Source: Mobula hypostoma
Lineage: Eukaryota
Assembly: GCF_963921235.1 (NCBI RefSeq)
Contig: NC_086107.1
Coordinates: forward strand, 96,102,001-96,166,000
DNA: 64,000 nucleotides
Reading direction: 5' to 3'
Every line of letters begins with the position of its first letter. Position 1 is the first letter of the stretch. The notes under the pieces are model-generated. The model had not been told where the DNA came from and did no database searches. It was given only the letters and a program-made list of their open reading frames with translations. The translations under genes were made by a program, and so were the position numbers. Below are positions 53,054 through 62,421 of this stretch, in pieces.

Positions 53054-54481
53054 ATGGCAGCAGCGAGCAGTGCATCGGCTCGAGGCCAAGGTATCAAGAA
53101 CACTGTCAGGCTGACAGTGCGAGACCGGAACGGGGGCACCGGCTTCACCCGAGAGACCTTCATCCGGAAGGTCTTGATGGAATGCTGCGGATTTACGCCT
53201 GACGACATCTACTGCGTCCAGGACTTTGCAGGTTTTTTCGACGTGACTTTCCGGCAGGCTGCAGGGTGGCAGAAGCTGTACCAGCAGCTTCAGCTGAAGG
53301 GGACAGAGGCGCCGCTGTCGCTGTTGAAAGCACAGGCCCTCTTTGCCACGGCTACCCAGCAGGAACGGACAATCACGGTGCACATGTTCAACCCGCACGT
53401 GCCATTGGTAGATGTCCTTACATTCCTCGCTCGGTATGTGGAGAGCGTAGGAACGCCAGCAGACGTGAAGGACGGACTGGGAATCTGGACCAGCAAACGG
53501 CAGGTCAAGGTGAAGCTGAGGTTGGACTCCAACGGCGGCGTCATCCACCCCCCCTCCGTCTTCGCCATCGGAGGGAACCGAGGGTACACGGTGTACGCGG
53601 GGCAACCCAGGGTGTGCCGAAACTGCGGCAAGGCAGGGCACATCGCAGCCCAGTGCAGGGTGGTGATGTGCAAGAACTGCAAAACTGAAGGCCACCTGAC
53701 CAAAGACTGCACGCAGGCCAAGTCCTGCAACCTTTGTGGACAAGACGGCCACCTGTACAGAGCCTGCCCGAGGCGTGGGGGCACCTACGCACAGGCAACC
53801 AGGGGTGGTGCTGGTCCTGAAAGGGCCCAGGCAGTTTCGGACGCCCCTGCCAGCACTGCCGAAGAGGCACCCGACAGGGCGGACGATGAGACCAGGGAGG
53901 AAGGGGCAAGCACCCCGAGACCTGCCACCCCACTGCAGACCCTCCAGGACCAAGCAAATGACGAGCAGGAGTCCATGGAGGAAGGGACAGCTGAGGTGGA
54001 AACGGAATGGAAGGTCGTGAAACGGAAAAAGACCCAAAAGGCGGCGGCCAAGCGACAGAAGGCGGAGCAACGCAAGAAAAGGGCAGGGAACCACACAGCC
54101 TCTGGTACCCTGTCCTCTTCAGAGGAGGAAGGAGTTGGGGGAGGCCAGCAGCCCCAGCGGAAGAAGCGGCTGGCAGAACAGGTGGAGAGGAGGAGAGAGG
54201 AGGGGGAAAGTCTGCTGGCCACCCCCCAAGTACAGGAGGCGGAGAGCAGCAGACACACCGAGCTCCGGGAATCCGGGAGCAGAGCCACGGTTGGCACCCA
54301 GCAGCCGGAAGGGGAAGCAGCCCAGGAAGCCAACAACCCCCCGGGCCCAGAACCAGAACGGCCACACACGGAGGAGTACTACCAGCAGTACCTGAGCCCA
54401 CAGGAGGTGGAAAACTTCACAAAGGCGGTGGGAATGAAGGCTCAGGATGGCAAGGATGAGGACGGAGTGCAGCCAAAATAA
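53054..54481 (+). CDS. ORF1p: nucleic-acid-binding protein with three CCHC zinc knuckles (Tx1 ORF1, ZCCHC3-like architecture)
   Basis: First ATG at 53054 (475 aa). Knuckles CRNCGKAGHIAAQC, CKNCKTEGHLTKDC, CNLCGQDGHLYRAC, then an acidic/basic tail with WKVVKRKK. Confidence 0.92.
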   Translation: MAAASSASARGQGIKNTVRLTVRDRNGGTGFTRETFIRKVLMECCGFTPDDIYCVQDFAGFFDVTFRQAAGWQKLYQQLQLKGTEAPLSLLKAQALFATATQQERTITVHMFNPHVPLVDVLTFLARYVESVGTPADVKDGLGIWTSKRQVKVKLRLDSNGGVIHPPSVFAIGGNRGYTVYAGQPRVCRNCGKAGHIAAQCRVVMCKNCKTEGHLTKDCTQAKSCNLCGQDGHLYRACPRRGGTYAQATRGGAGPERAQAVSDAPASTAEEAPDRADDETREEGASTPRPATPLQTLQDQANDEQESMEEGTAEVETEWKVVKRKKTQKAAAKRQKAEQRKKRAGNHTASGTLSSSEEEGVGGGQQPQRKKRLAEQVERRREEGESLLATPQVQEAESSRHTELRESGSRATVGTQQPEGEAAQEANNPPGPEPERPHTEEYYQQYLSPQEVENFTKAVGMKAQDGKDEDGVQPK

Positions 54482-54491
54482 GAGACCTACA

Positions 54492-57400
54492 ATGATGGCA
54501 GACCTTAAATTGGCGTGCTTGAATGTGCGAAGTTTGAAGAGTACTGGGCGATGCGTCAGCACGCTCCAGTACCTGGACACTGTAAAGACCGACGTGACCT
54601 TCCTCCAGGAGTGCGGACTACCACATCTCCGTAACTACCGGAGGTGGTCACGGTGGTGGAAAAAAGGTTTGTCTGTGTGGTCGGGGGGCAACGATTGTCG
54701 CGCTTCCGGCCTGGGGATTCTGCTACGGGGAGGTAACTTCTCAATCACCCAAGTTAAAGAGGTGGTTGCGGGGCGCCTCCTGGTAGCAGACGTCAAATAC
54801 CGGGGCACTCCGCTCCGGCTGATCAACGTGTACGCCTCCCCCGTTCGGAGCGAGCGGCTGGCCGTCTTCGAGCAGCTCCCACAGCTGCTGGTGACGTCCC
54901 AGCCGGTCGTTCTGGCCGGAGACTTCAACTGCACCATTGATGCGGCTGGAGGACCCGGCAGCGCCGACGGCAGGCTGGACAGTACCTCCAGACTCCTGAG
55001 GGAAATAGTAAAGACGGCCAAGCTGCGCGACGCCTTTGGCACCCCCACAGGTGGAGCACAGCCGCAAGCCACCTGGACACGGTCGGACGGCTCAGCCCGC
55101 TCCCGGATCGACTTCCTCTTCCTGTCAGAGCCCCTCACGGTCAGGTCCACCGACGTCACGCCGGTGTTCTTCTCTGACCACTGCCTTCTGAGAGCCACCT
55201 GTCGCTTACGGGAGGACCAGAAGGCAGGCAGGGGGACGTGGAAGCTGAATGTTAAGCTGCTGACCCCAGAGAACATCGAGGAACTAGAGAGGGAGTACAC
55301 AGGTTGGAGAACCTTGAAAGCCTTCTTTGATTCCCCGGTTCACTGGTGGGAAGCCACCAAAGAGAACATTAAGAGGTTCTTCATCCGCAAGGGTATCCAG
55401 AAGGCAAGGCAGGAGCAGAGGGAACTGCGTAAACTCCAGACAGAGTTGCAGCAACTTCTCCTTCTGCAGTCGAAGGGGGTGGATGTCAGGGAGGAATTGC
55501 GAGAGGTGAAGGGCCGGCAAGCCCATAACCTCGCCGCCGAATCCTCCAAGATCATCTTCCGATCAAGGGTCCAAACCGTGGAGCAGGACGAGACGTGCTC
55601 ACGCTTCTTCTTCCAAAAGGTGCACAGGGGGAGCTCTGTGATCCACAACCTTAAGGAAGAGGACGGCTCAGTCGCGTCCTCGCAGACCGACATACTGAGG
55701 ATCTGCAAGTCCTTCTATGCCGGTCTGTACGACGAAAAGGCCACAGAATCCACAGCCTCCCGCAACTTCCTGTCGTCTATCACGCAGGTCTTAGACGGCG
55801 GCAAGCGGGAGAGTCTGGATCAGCCACTGACCCTGGACGAGCTGACAGGCTCCATCCGTTCCTTTGGGTCGGGTAAGACTCCCGGAAGCGACGGCTTACC
55901 GGCTGAGTTGTACTCGGCTCTGTGGAACTGGATAGGCCCAGACCTGCTGGAAGTGTACAATGCTATGCTTCTGGCCGGCAGTATGTCTGAGTCCATGAGG
56001 AAGGGCATCATCACCCTCATCTACAAGCAGAAGGGGGAAAGAGAGGACATTAGAAATTGGAGACCCATCTCTCTCCTGAATGTGGACTACAAGATCCTGT
56101 CCAAGGCTATCGCCAACAGGGTCAAGTCTGCTCTGGGACAGGTGATCCACCCAGACCAAACCTGTGCTGTACCAGGCAGGAAGATCTCAGACAGCCTCGC
56201 GCTGCTGAGGGACACCATCGCCTACGTGCAGGACAGGAGGGTGGACGCCTGCCTGGTCAGCTTGGACCAGGAGAAAGCCTTCGACAGGATATCGCACACG
56301 TACATGGCGGACGTGCTCTCCAAAATGGGATTTGGGGAGGGAATCCGGAATTGGATCAGACTGCTCTACACAGACATCCGTAGTGCAGTCCAGGTCAACG
56401 GGTGGGAAACAGACAGCTTCCCCATCAGGTCTGGAGTCAGGCAGGGCTGTCCCCTCTCCCCTGTCTTGTTTGTCTGCTGCATAGAACCCTTTGCGGAAGC
56501 CATTAGGAGGGATGAGGGCATAAGAGGGGTGACGCTGCCAGGCAGTGGAGGGACCCAAGTGAAAACCTCCCTGTACATGGACGACGTCACCGTCTTCTGC
56601 TCTGATCCGAGGTCAGTTCGCAGGTTGATTGGCACCTGCGAACAGTTCGAGCTAGCGTCGGGGGCCAGGGTCAACCGCACGAAGAGCGAAGCCATGCTCT
56701 TCGGCAACTGGCCCGACCGATCCAGCGTCCCCTTCAACATCAGGTCTGACCACGTGAAGGTGTTGGGGATATGGTTCGGAGGGGCGGAGGCGTGCAACAA
56801 GAACTGGCAGGAGCGGACTGCCAAGGTGAAACAGAAACTGGGACTGTGGGGAGGGCGCTCCCTGTCGATAACGGGCAAGAACCTGGTCATCAGGTGTGAG
56901 GTGCTCTCAGGGCTGCTGTACTTGGCGCAGGTCTGGCCCGTCCCCCGCTCCTACAGCTCGGAAATCACCCGGGCTGTCTTCAGATTCGTCTGGGGATCCA
57001 AGATGGAGCGGGTGGGACGGACCGCCATGCACAAGTCCCTGGACAACGGGGGCAAGAACGTCCCCAATGTCGCCCTCACCCTGATGGCCAGCTTCGTATG
57101 TGGCTGCATCAGGTTGTGTGTAGAGCCCAGGTATGTGGGCACCAAGTACCGCTACGTGCCCAGGTTCTACTTGTCGCCCTGGCTACGAAGGATGGGTCTG
57201 GCCCCACTCCCGCGCAACGCCCCAGTCAGCTGGTCGTTGCCGGCATACCTGTCCTACGTAGCAAAGTTCTTCCAGGAGAACGCCTTTGACCACAGGGCCA
57301 TCAGGCAGTGGTCGGCACGTAGTGTCCTGCAGGCACTGCAGGAGAAGGACGTGATGGACACAGTGGGGTGGTTCCCGGAGCAGACTGTCCAGTTCATCTG

Positions 57401-57905
57401 GCAAAATGCCTCATCGCCAGATCTAACCAACAGGCACCAAGACCTCGCCTGGCTGGCGGTGAGAGGGGCCCTCCCAGTCAGAGCCCTCCTGTACGCCCGG
57501 AACGTCGTCTCCGCACCCCATTGCCCACGGGAGGACTGCAGTGAGGAGGAGTCTGTGACCCACCTCTTTGCACACTGCCAGTTCGCAAAGAGGGTGTGGA
57601 GGAGGATGGATGGGCTAGTGTCACGGTTTATCCCCAGCAGCTGCGTAACAGAGGACTCTCTGATCTACGGGCTGTTCCCGGGGACACACACGGAGACCAA
57701 CGTCCGGTGCTGCTGGCAGATCATCAACTCGGTGAAAGATGCTATTTGGTCGGCCCGTAACTTGATGATCTACCAGCACATGGAGATGTCCGTGGGAGAA
57801 TGCTGCCGACTGGCACATTCTCGACTGCAGGAGTACGTGCTGAGGGACGCACTGAAACTTGGTGCAGCCACCGCAAGGGCCCGGTGGGGAAGGACCACAG
57901 TATAG
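54492..57905 (+). CDS. ORF2p: APE endonuclease, reverse transcriptase and C-terminal CCHC zinc finger
   Basis: Endonuclease motifs LNVRSL, FLQE, GDFN, SRIDF, FSDH. RT motifs PGSDGL, WRPISLLNVDYKIL, DQEKAFD, GVRQGCPLSP, YMDD. C-terminal CPREDC..ESVTHLFAHC. Likely start at ATG 54492 (1137 aa); an in-frame ATG at 54447 overlaps ORF1. Confidence 0.96.
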   Translation: MMADLKLACLNVRSLKSTGRCVSTLQYLDTVKTDVTFLQECGLPHLRNYRRWSRWWKKGLSVWSGGNDCRASGLGILLRGGNFSITQVKEVVAGRLLVADVKYRGTPLRLINVYASPVRSERLAVFEQLPQLLVTSQPVVLAGDFNCTIDAAGGPGSADGRLDSTSRLLREIVKTAKLRDAFGTPTGGAQPQATWTRSDGSARSRIDFLFLSEPLTVRSTDVTPVFFSDHCLLRATCRLREDQKAGRGTWKLNVKLLTPENIEELEREYTGWRTLKAFFDSPVHWWEATKENIKRFFIRKGIQKARQEQRELRKLQTELQQLLLLQSKGVDVREELREVKGRQAHNLAAESSKIIFRSRVQTVEQDETCSRFFFQKVHRGSSVIHNLKEEDGSVASSQTDILRICKSFYAGLYDEKATESTASRNFLSSITQVLDGGKRESLDQPLTLDELTGSIRSFGSGKTPGSDGLPAELYSALWNWIGPDLLEVYNAMLLAGSMSESMRKGIITLIYKQKGEREDIRNWRPISLLNVDYKILSKAIANRVKSALGQVIHPDQTCAVPGRKISDSLALLRDTIAYVQDRRVDACLVSLDQEKAFDRISHTYMADVLSKMGFGEGIRNWIRLLYTDIRSAVQVNGWETDSFPIRSGVRQGCPLSPVLFVCCIEPFAEAIRRDEGIRGVTLPGSGGTQVKTSLYMDDVTVFCSDPRSVRRLIGTCEQFELASGARVNRTKSEAMLFGNWPDRSSVPFNIRSDHVKVLGIWFGGAEACNKNWQERTAKVKQKLGLWGGRSLSITGKNLVIRCEVLSGLLYLAQVWPVPRSYSSEITRAVFRFVWGSKMERVGRTAMHKSLDNGGKNVPNVALTLMASFVCGCIRLCVEPRYVGTKYRYVPRFYLSPWLRRMGLAPLPRNAPVSWSLPAYLSYVAKFFQENAFDHRAIRQWSARSVLQALQEKDVMDTVGWFPEQTVQFIWQNASSPDLTNRHQDLAWLAVRGALPVRALLYARNVVSAPHCPREDCSEEESVTHLFAHCQFAKRVWRRMDGLVSRFIPSSCVTEDSLIYGLFPGTHTETNVRCCWQIINSVKDAIWSARNLMIYQHMEMSVGECCRLAHSRLQEYVLRDALKLGAATARARWGRTTV

Positions 57906-58109
57906 GTTTCTCCACCCGTGGGAGTGGGAGGGGTCGGAGGGCGGGGAGTATACCCCTCAACAATGAAATGATGTGGTATAAATACGGATATGTACTGTGT
58001 ATAATGCAAACGTATGTAAAGGATGAAAAGTTATTGAATGGTTTATTGTATATATTTATTTTTGAATAAAGTATATTTTGAAATAAAAAAAAAAAAAAAA
58101 AAAAAAAAA

Positions 58110-58259
58110 TCTGTTCTTATCAGTTTAATATCTGATACGTCCCTTATCTGGGGACCATATATTAAATTGATTTTTGGAACAGGGAGATGGAATAGGGGCT
58201 TGCTCCGTCCACTCCACGCATCGACCCGGTATTGCAGTGCCTCTGGGAACGGTGCACTC
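58110..58259 (+). pseudogene. RNU2: Interrupted U2 copy 14, 3' part (nt 39-188), starting with the right TSD at 58110-58123
   Basis: U2 resumes at TCTGTTCTTATCAGTTTAAT directly after the poly(A). Confidence 0.97.
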
Positions 58260-59870
58260 CCCTTCTGGGGAATTTCAAAGTAGCAAAGAAAAGGAAAACG
58301 ACGAAAGCTCCATCAGGCACAGCAGCACAGACAAGCATGCACGCACATGGAGAGAGAGGAGAGAGCTAGCTGCTTGCTCTACACTTCTCCTGTGTCTGTG
58401 TCTGTCTGTCGATACAGCTCACTCACTCACTCACGCCATGGGCAGACAACTCAACAACAGCACGAGCATCATATATCTGGGCCATTTGATCAAGCCATTT
58501 GATGGCTAAGATCAAGTGCACATCCAGGCTGCAACCAGATCAGGTGCTGCAGGCAAGGCAGCAACTTCATGAGAGATGCCCCTTGGCATTCATTCCTGAA
58601 GCAAACTGCTCAACCGGCACACTCATTCTGATGCCTGCTCACTCGGCAGCTGCCTGCACCAAGCACAGAAGCAGAGTGAAGCGGAGCGGGCCGAAAGGCC
58701 TTTTCTGTCCCGCCACGCTCGCTCCACTTCTCAGGCTCAGGCTTCTCAGCTGCTCCTTGAAGCCAACGGAGGACGGGACGGACGGACGGACGGGCGGGCG
58801 AACGAACGAACGAACGAACGAACGAACGAACGAGGCGAATGAACGAATGATTTCACCAGCAGCCAGCCTGTCGGACAGGCAGGCTCGTTCAAGTGTGCCA
58901 GCAGCCAGGGCTCGTGGACGAGAGGAAGGAAGGGAGGCATCCGATGGAGCCCGGCCACAGAGCAACGGGGCCCGGTGCTGCATCCTCCCCGCCTGCACCA
59001 GACTGCCAAGACTGCTGCTCTCCTGCCCAGACAGACAGACAGACAGACAGACCAGCTACAAGCATCACCACCTAGCCATAGCACCAGCAAAACTCTGCCT
59101 ACCTGCCCTGGCCTGGCCTGGCCTCCTCTGCTCTGCCCGACCCGACCCGACTCGACTCACAAATCTCCATTGTGATGCGTCTGCCTGCCCCTGCCCCAGC
59201 CCCAAAGCCCCGCCCACCGTTCGAGGCAAGGCAGAGGCACAACCCCCCACTCAGACCTCCCCAATATACATTGGCAGTGCAGTGCATCTCCAGCCTCGCT
59301 CAAAATCACGTCCCAAACCCCAAAATCACTCAAACCTCTCATGCTTACACGTACCTACTCGGCGTCCAGCTTTGGCGCACGTCTCCACAAGTGCCACATC
59401 CATCCACGTGCCCCTGCTTCACGCACAGCACAGCACTGTGCCTCCCTCCGGCAGGCATTTCGCCGATCCATTTCCTGTTTCACAACCAAGGCATAATCAG
59501 TACCCCTTTCCTTCCACAGCACAGCGCGCACACGCGCCCGCCCACTCCGCCACCGAGCCATGCCGGCCAAAAACGCACCTGCACAGCAGTGGGGCACAGG
59601 GCCGCCGTCAGCCCGCCACACATTTCCCTCCTTCCCTCCTATTTCTACATCCGTGCACCCACCCCGCTGCAAAACCAGTCAGTCTGCTCAGGCGTCAGCA
59701 CAGAGGCATAGTGAAGGGCCTCGGCCCTTCTCCCTTTACTGCCCTCTGTACATGTGACCAGAGCTTGGCAGATCCCTCAGCACTCCGTGTGCACGTGTGT
59801 CTGTGACTCTGTGTCTCTGTGAGATTGAGTGAGTGAGTGAGTGAGTCAGTGAGAGAGAGACAGACAGACA

Positions 59871-59925
<55 letters not shown>

Positions 59926-60824
59926 ACCCCCATCCACCCTGGTAAAAAAAAGGTGGTGGGGGAGCAGGGGAGAAGACACTGTGTCCAATCATAGCCTGTG
60001 CAGACGCAAAGTCTGCAGCTTCTGGAGATGAAACAAACTCAATCCACTCAACAATTGTAATTGCACACACGTCAAAATAAAGGCACAGAGGTGTGAATGG
60101 CTGCACTTCAGCCTTCGGCTTGGAGAGCACACCCATTGTTTCTCCTCAGGCACACCTGTAGCTGACATCCTCCTGTTCCCAAACTTGCCAGGAGGCTTTT
60201 CTGCCCGCGGACTTTGGCCACGTCCACAACCCTCGTACCGGTCTTGAGCGTTGCACGTGGCCTCTGCCTTTGTCGCCCGGCGCAGTCCCATCCGCTCGCT
60301 CCCTCCCGGAGAGGGCAGAGCCTCCGAAGGAGACCGTTCAGCTGGATGGATGCGCCGGCCAGCTAGGGCGCGCAAAGCCGAGAGGCGCGCTCTCTTTGCC
60401 GAGTGCAGGGACGCCCTTGAAGGGCCCAGCGGCCTGCTCCCACTCCCCCTGCAGACTCTTGTGCAGACAGGACAGCGTGACCAGCCTCCCATGACCAGGA
60501 GAGCAGTGCAAGTTGAGCCAGCCTCTGAGACCGACCTGGGAGCCGGCAGCCTTGACGTAGGCAGTGTGCCAGTGACGTAGGCGCCCATAAGTACGGCCCC
60601 ACTCCCAGATGATTGGTGGATCACTAGCAGCTTTACATAGCCTCTGACAACTTGCACTCATGACGGACCAGGTAGGCAACAGCTGTCCAGCACACCCACC
60701 CATCCCAGACAACCTAGGGGAGAGCTGCCAGCGGGCCAGGGCAGCAAGGTCTTTGCCAGGCCTCCTGCTTCAATCTAAACACCAGAGGCTAGGCAGGATG
60801 TAGCCGACTCAAGCGTATGCCTGC

Positions 60825-60876
60825 ATCGCTTCTCGGCCTTTTGGCTAAGATCAAGTGTAGTATCTGTTCTTATCAG
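60825..60876 (+). pseudogene. RNU2: Interrupted U2 copy 15, 5' part (nt 1-52)
   Basis: Same junction as copy 14 (TTATCAG|ACCAGAAGG). Confidence 0.97.
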
Positions 60877-60981
60877 ACCAGAAGGCGGAGGTGAAGAGTT
60901 CGCGCTGACGCAGGGGTGGATCCTAATGCTGATTGGCCTCCAATCTAACACCCCATACCAGCGACGACAGCAGTGAGGAAG

Positions 60982-62411
60982 ATGGCAGCAGCGAGCAGTG
61001 CATCGGCTCGAGGCCAAGGTATCAAGAACACTGTCAGGCTGACAGTGCGAGACCGGAACGGGGGCACACCGGCTTCACCCGAGAGACCTTCATCCGGAAG
61101 GTCTTGATGGAATGCTGCGGATTTACGCCTGACGACATCTACTGCGTCCAGGACTTTGCAGGTTTTTTCGACGTGACTTTCCGGCAGGCTGCAGGGTGGC
61201 AGAAGCTGTACCAGCAGCTTCAGCTGAAGGGGACAGAGGCGCCGCTGTCGCTGTTGAAAGCACAGGCCCTCTTTGCCACGGCTACCCAGCAGGAACGGAC
61301 AATCACGGTGCACATGTTCAACCCGCACGTGCCATTGGTAGATGTCCTTACATTCCTCGCTCGGTATGTGGAGAGCGTAGGAACGCCAGCAGACGTGAAG
61401 GACGGACTGGGAATCTGGACCAGCAAACGGCAGGTCAAGGTGAAGCTGAGGTTGGACTCCAACGGCGGCGTCATCCACCCCCCCTCCGTCTTCGCCATCG
61501 GAGGGAACCGAGGGTACACGGTGTACGCGGGGCAACCCAGGGTGTGCCGAAACTGCGGCAAGGCAGGGCACATCGCAGCCCAGTGCAGGGTGGTGATGTG
61601 CAAGAACTGCAAAACTGAAGGCCACCTGACCAAAGACTGCACGCAGGCCAAGTCCTGCAACCTTTGTGGACAAGACGGCCACCTGTACAGAGCCTGCCCG
61701 AGGCGTGGGGGCACCTACGCACAGGCAACCAGGGGTGGTGCTGGTCCTGAAAGGGCCCAGGCAGTTTCGGACGCCCCTGCCAGCACTGCCGAAGAGGCAC
61801 CCGACAGGGCGGACGATGAGACCAGGGAGGAAGGGGCAAGCACCCCGAGACCTGCCACCCCACTGCAGACCCTCCAGGACCAAGCAAATGACGAGCAGGA
61901 GTCCATGGAGGAAGGGACAGCTGAGGTGGAAACGGAATGGAAGGTCGTGAAACGGAAAAAGACCCAAAAGGCGGCGGCCAAGCGACAGAAGGCGGAGCAA
62001 CGCAAGAAAAGGGCAGGGAACCACACAGCCTCTGGTACCCTGTCCTCTTCAGAGGAGGAAGGAGTTGGGGGAGGCCAGCAGCCCCAGCGGAAGAAGCGGC
62101 TGGCAGAACAGGTGGAGAGGAGGAGAGAGGAGGGGGAAAGTCTGCTGGCCACCCCCCAAGTACAGGAGGCGGAGAGCAGCAGACACACCGAGCTCCGGGA
62201 ATCCGGGAGCAGAGCCACGGTTGGCACCCAGCAGCCGGAAGGGGAAGCAGCCCAGGAAGCCAACAACCCCCCGGGCCCAGAACCAGAACGGCCACACACG
62301 GAGGAGTACTACCAGCAGTACCTGAGCCCACAGGAGGTGGAAAACTTCACAAAGGCGGTGGGAATGAAGGCTCAGGATGGCAAGGATGAGGACGGAGTGC
62401 AGCCAAAATAA
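60982..62411 (+). pseudogene. ORF1 of copy 2, frameshifted by a 2-bp insertion near 61067
   Basis: GGGGGCACACCGGC versus GGGGGCACCGGC in copy 1, which breaks the frame about 29 codons after the ATG. Could be an assembly error. Confidence 0.75.
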
Positions 62412-62421
62412 GAGACCTACA

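Larger units (their letters stand above)
52949..58109 (+). mobile_element. Full-length U2 snRNA-specific non-LTR retrotransposon, Tx1 clade (Keno-like), copy 1
   Basis: 105-nt 5' UTR, ORF1, 10-nt spacer, ORF2, 3' UTR with AATAAA (58065-58070), A25 tail (58085-58109), flanked by the TSD inside U2. Confidence 0.95.

Noticed and set aside
52847..54401. Long antisense ORFs (415 and 286 aa) opposite ORF1
   Set aside because: Shadow frames of a GC-rich coding sequence with no independent evidence.
52949..58109. Assignment to Utopia, or to an R2-like element
   Set aside because: Those use a C-terminal restriction-like endonuclease; this element has an N-terminal APE domain and a separate ORF1.
60933..62411. 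492-aa ORF1 with a novel N-terminus in copy 2
   Set aside because: Artefact of the 2-bp insertion joining an upstream TTG frame to ORF1.
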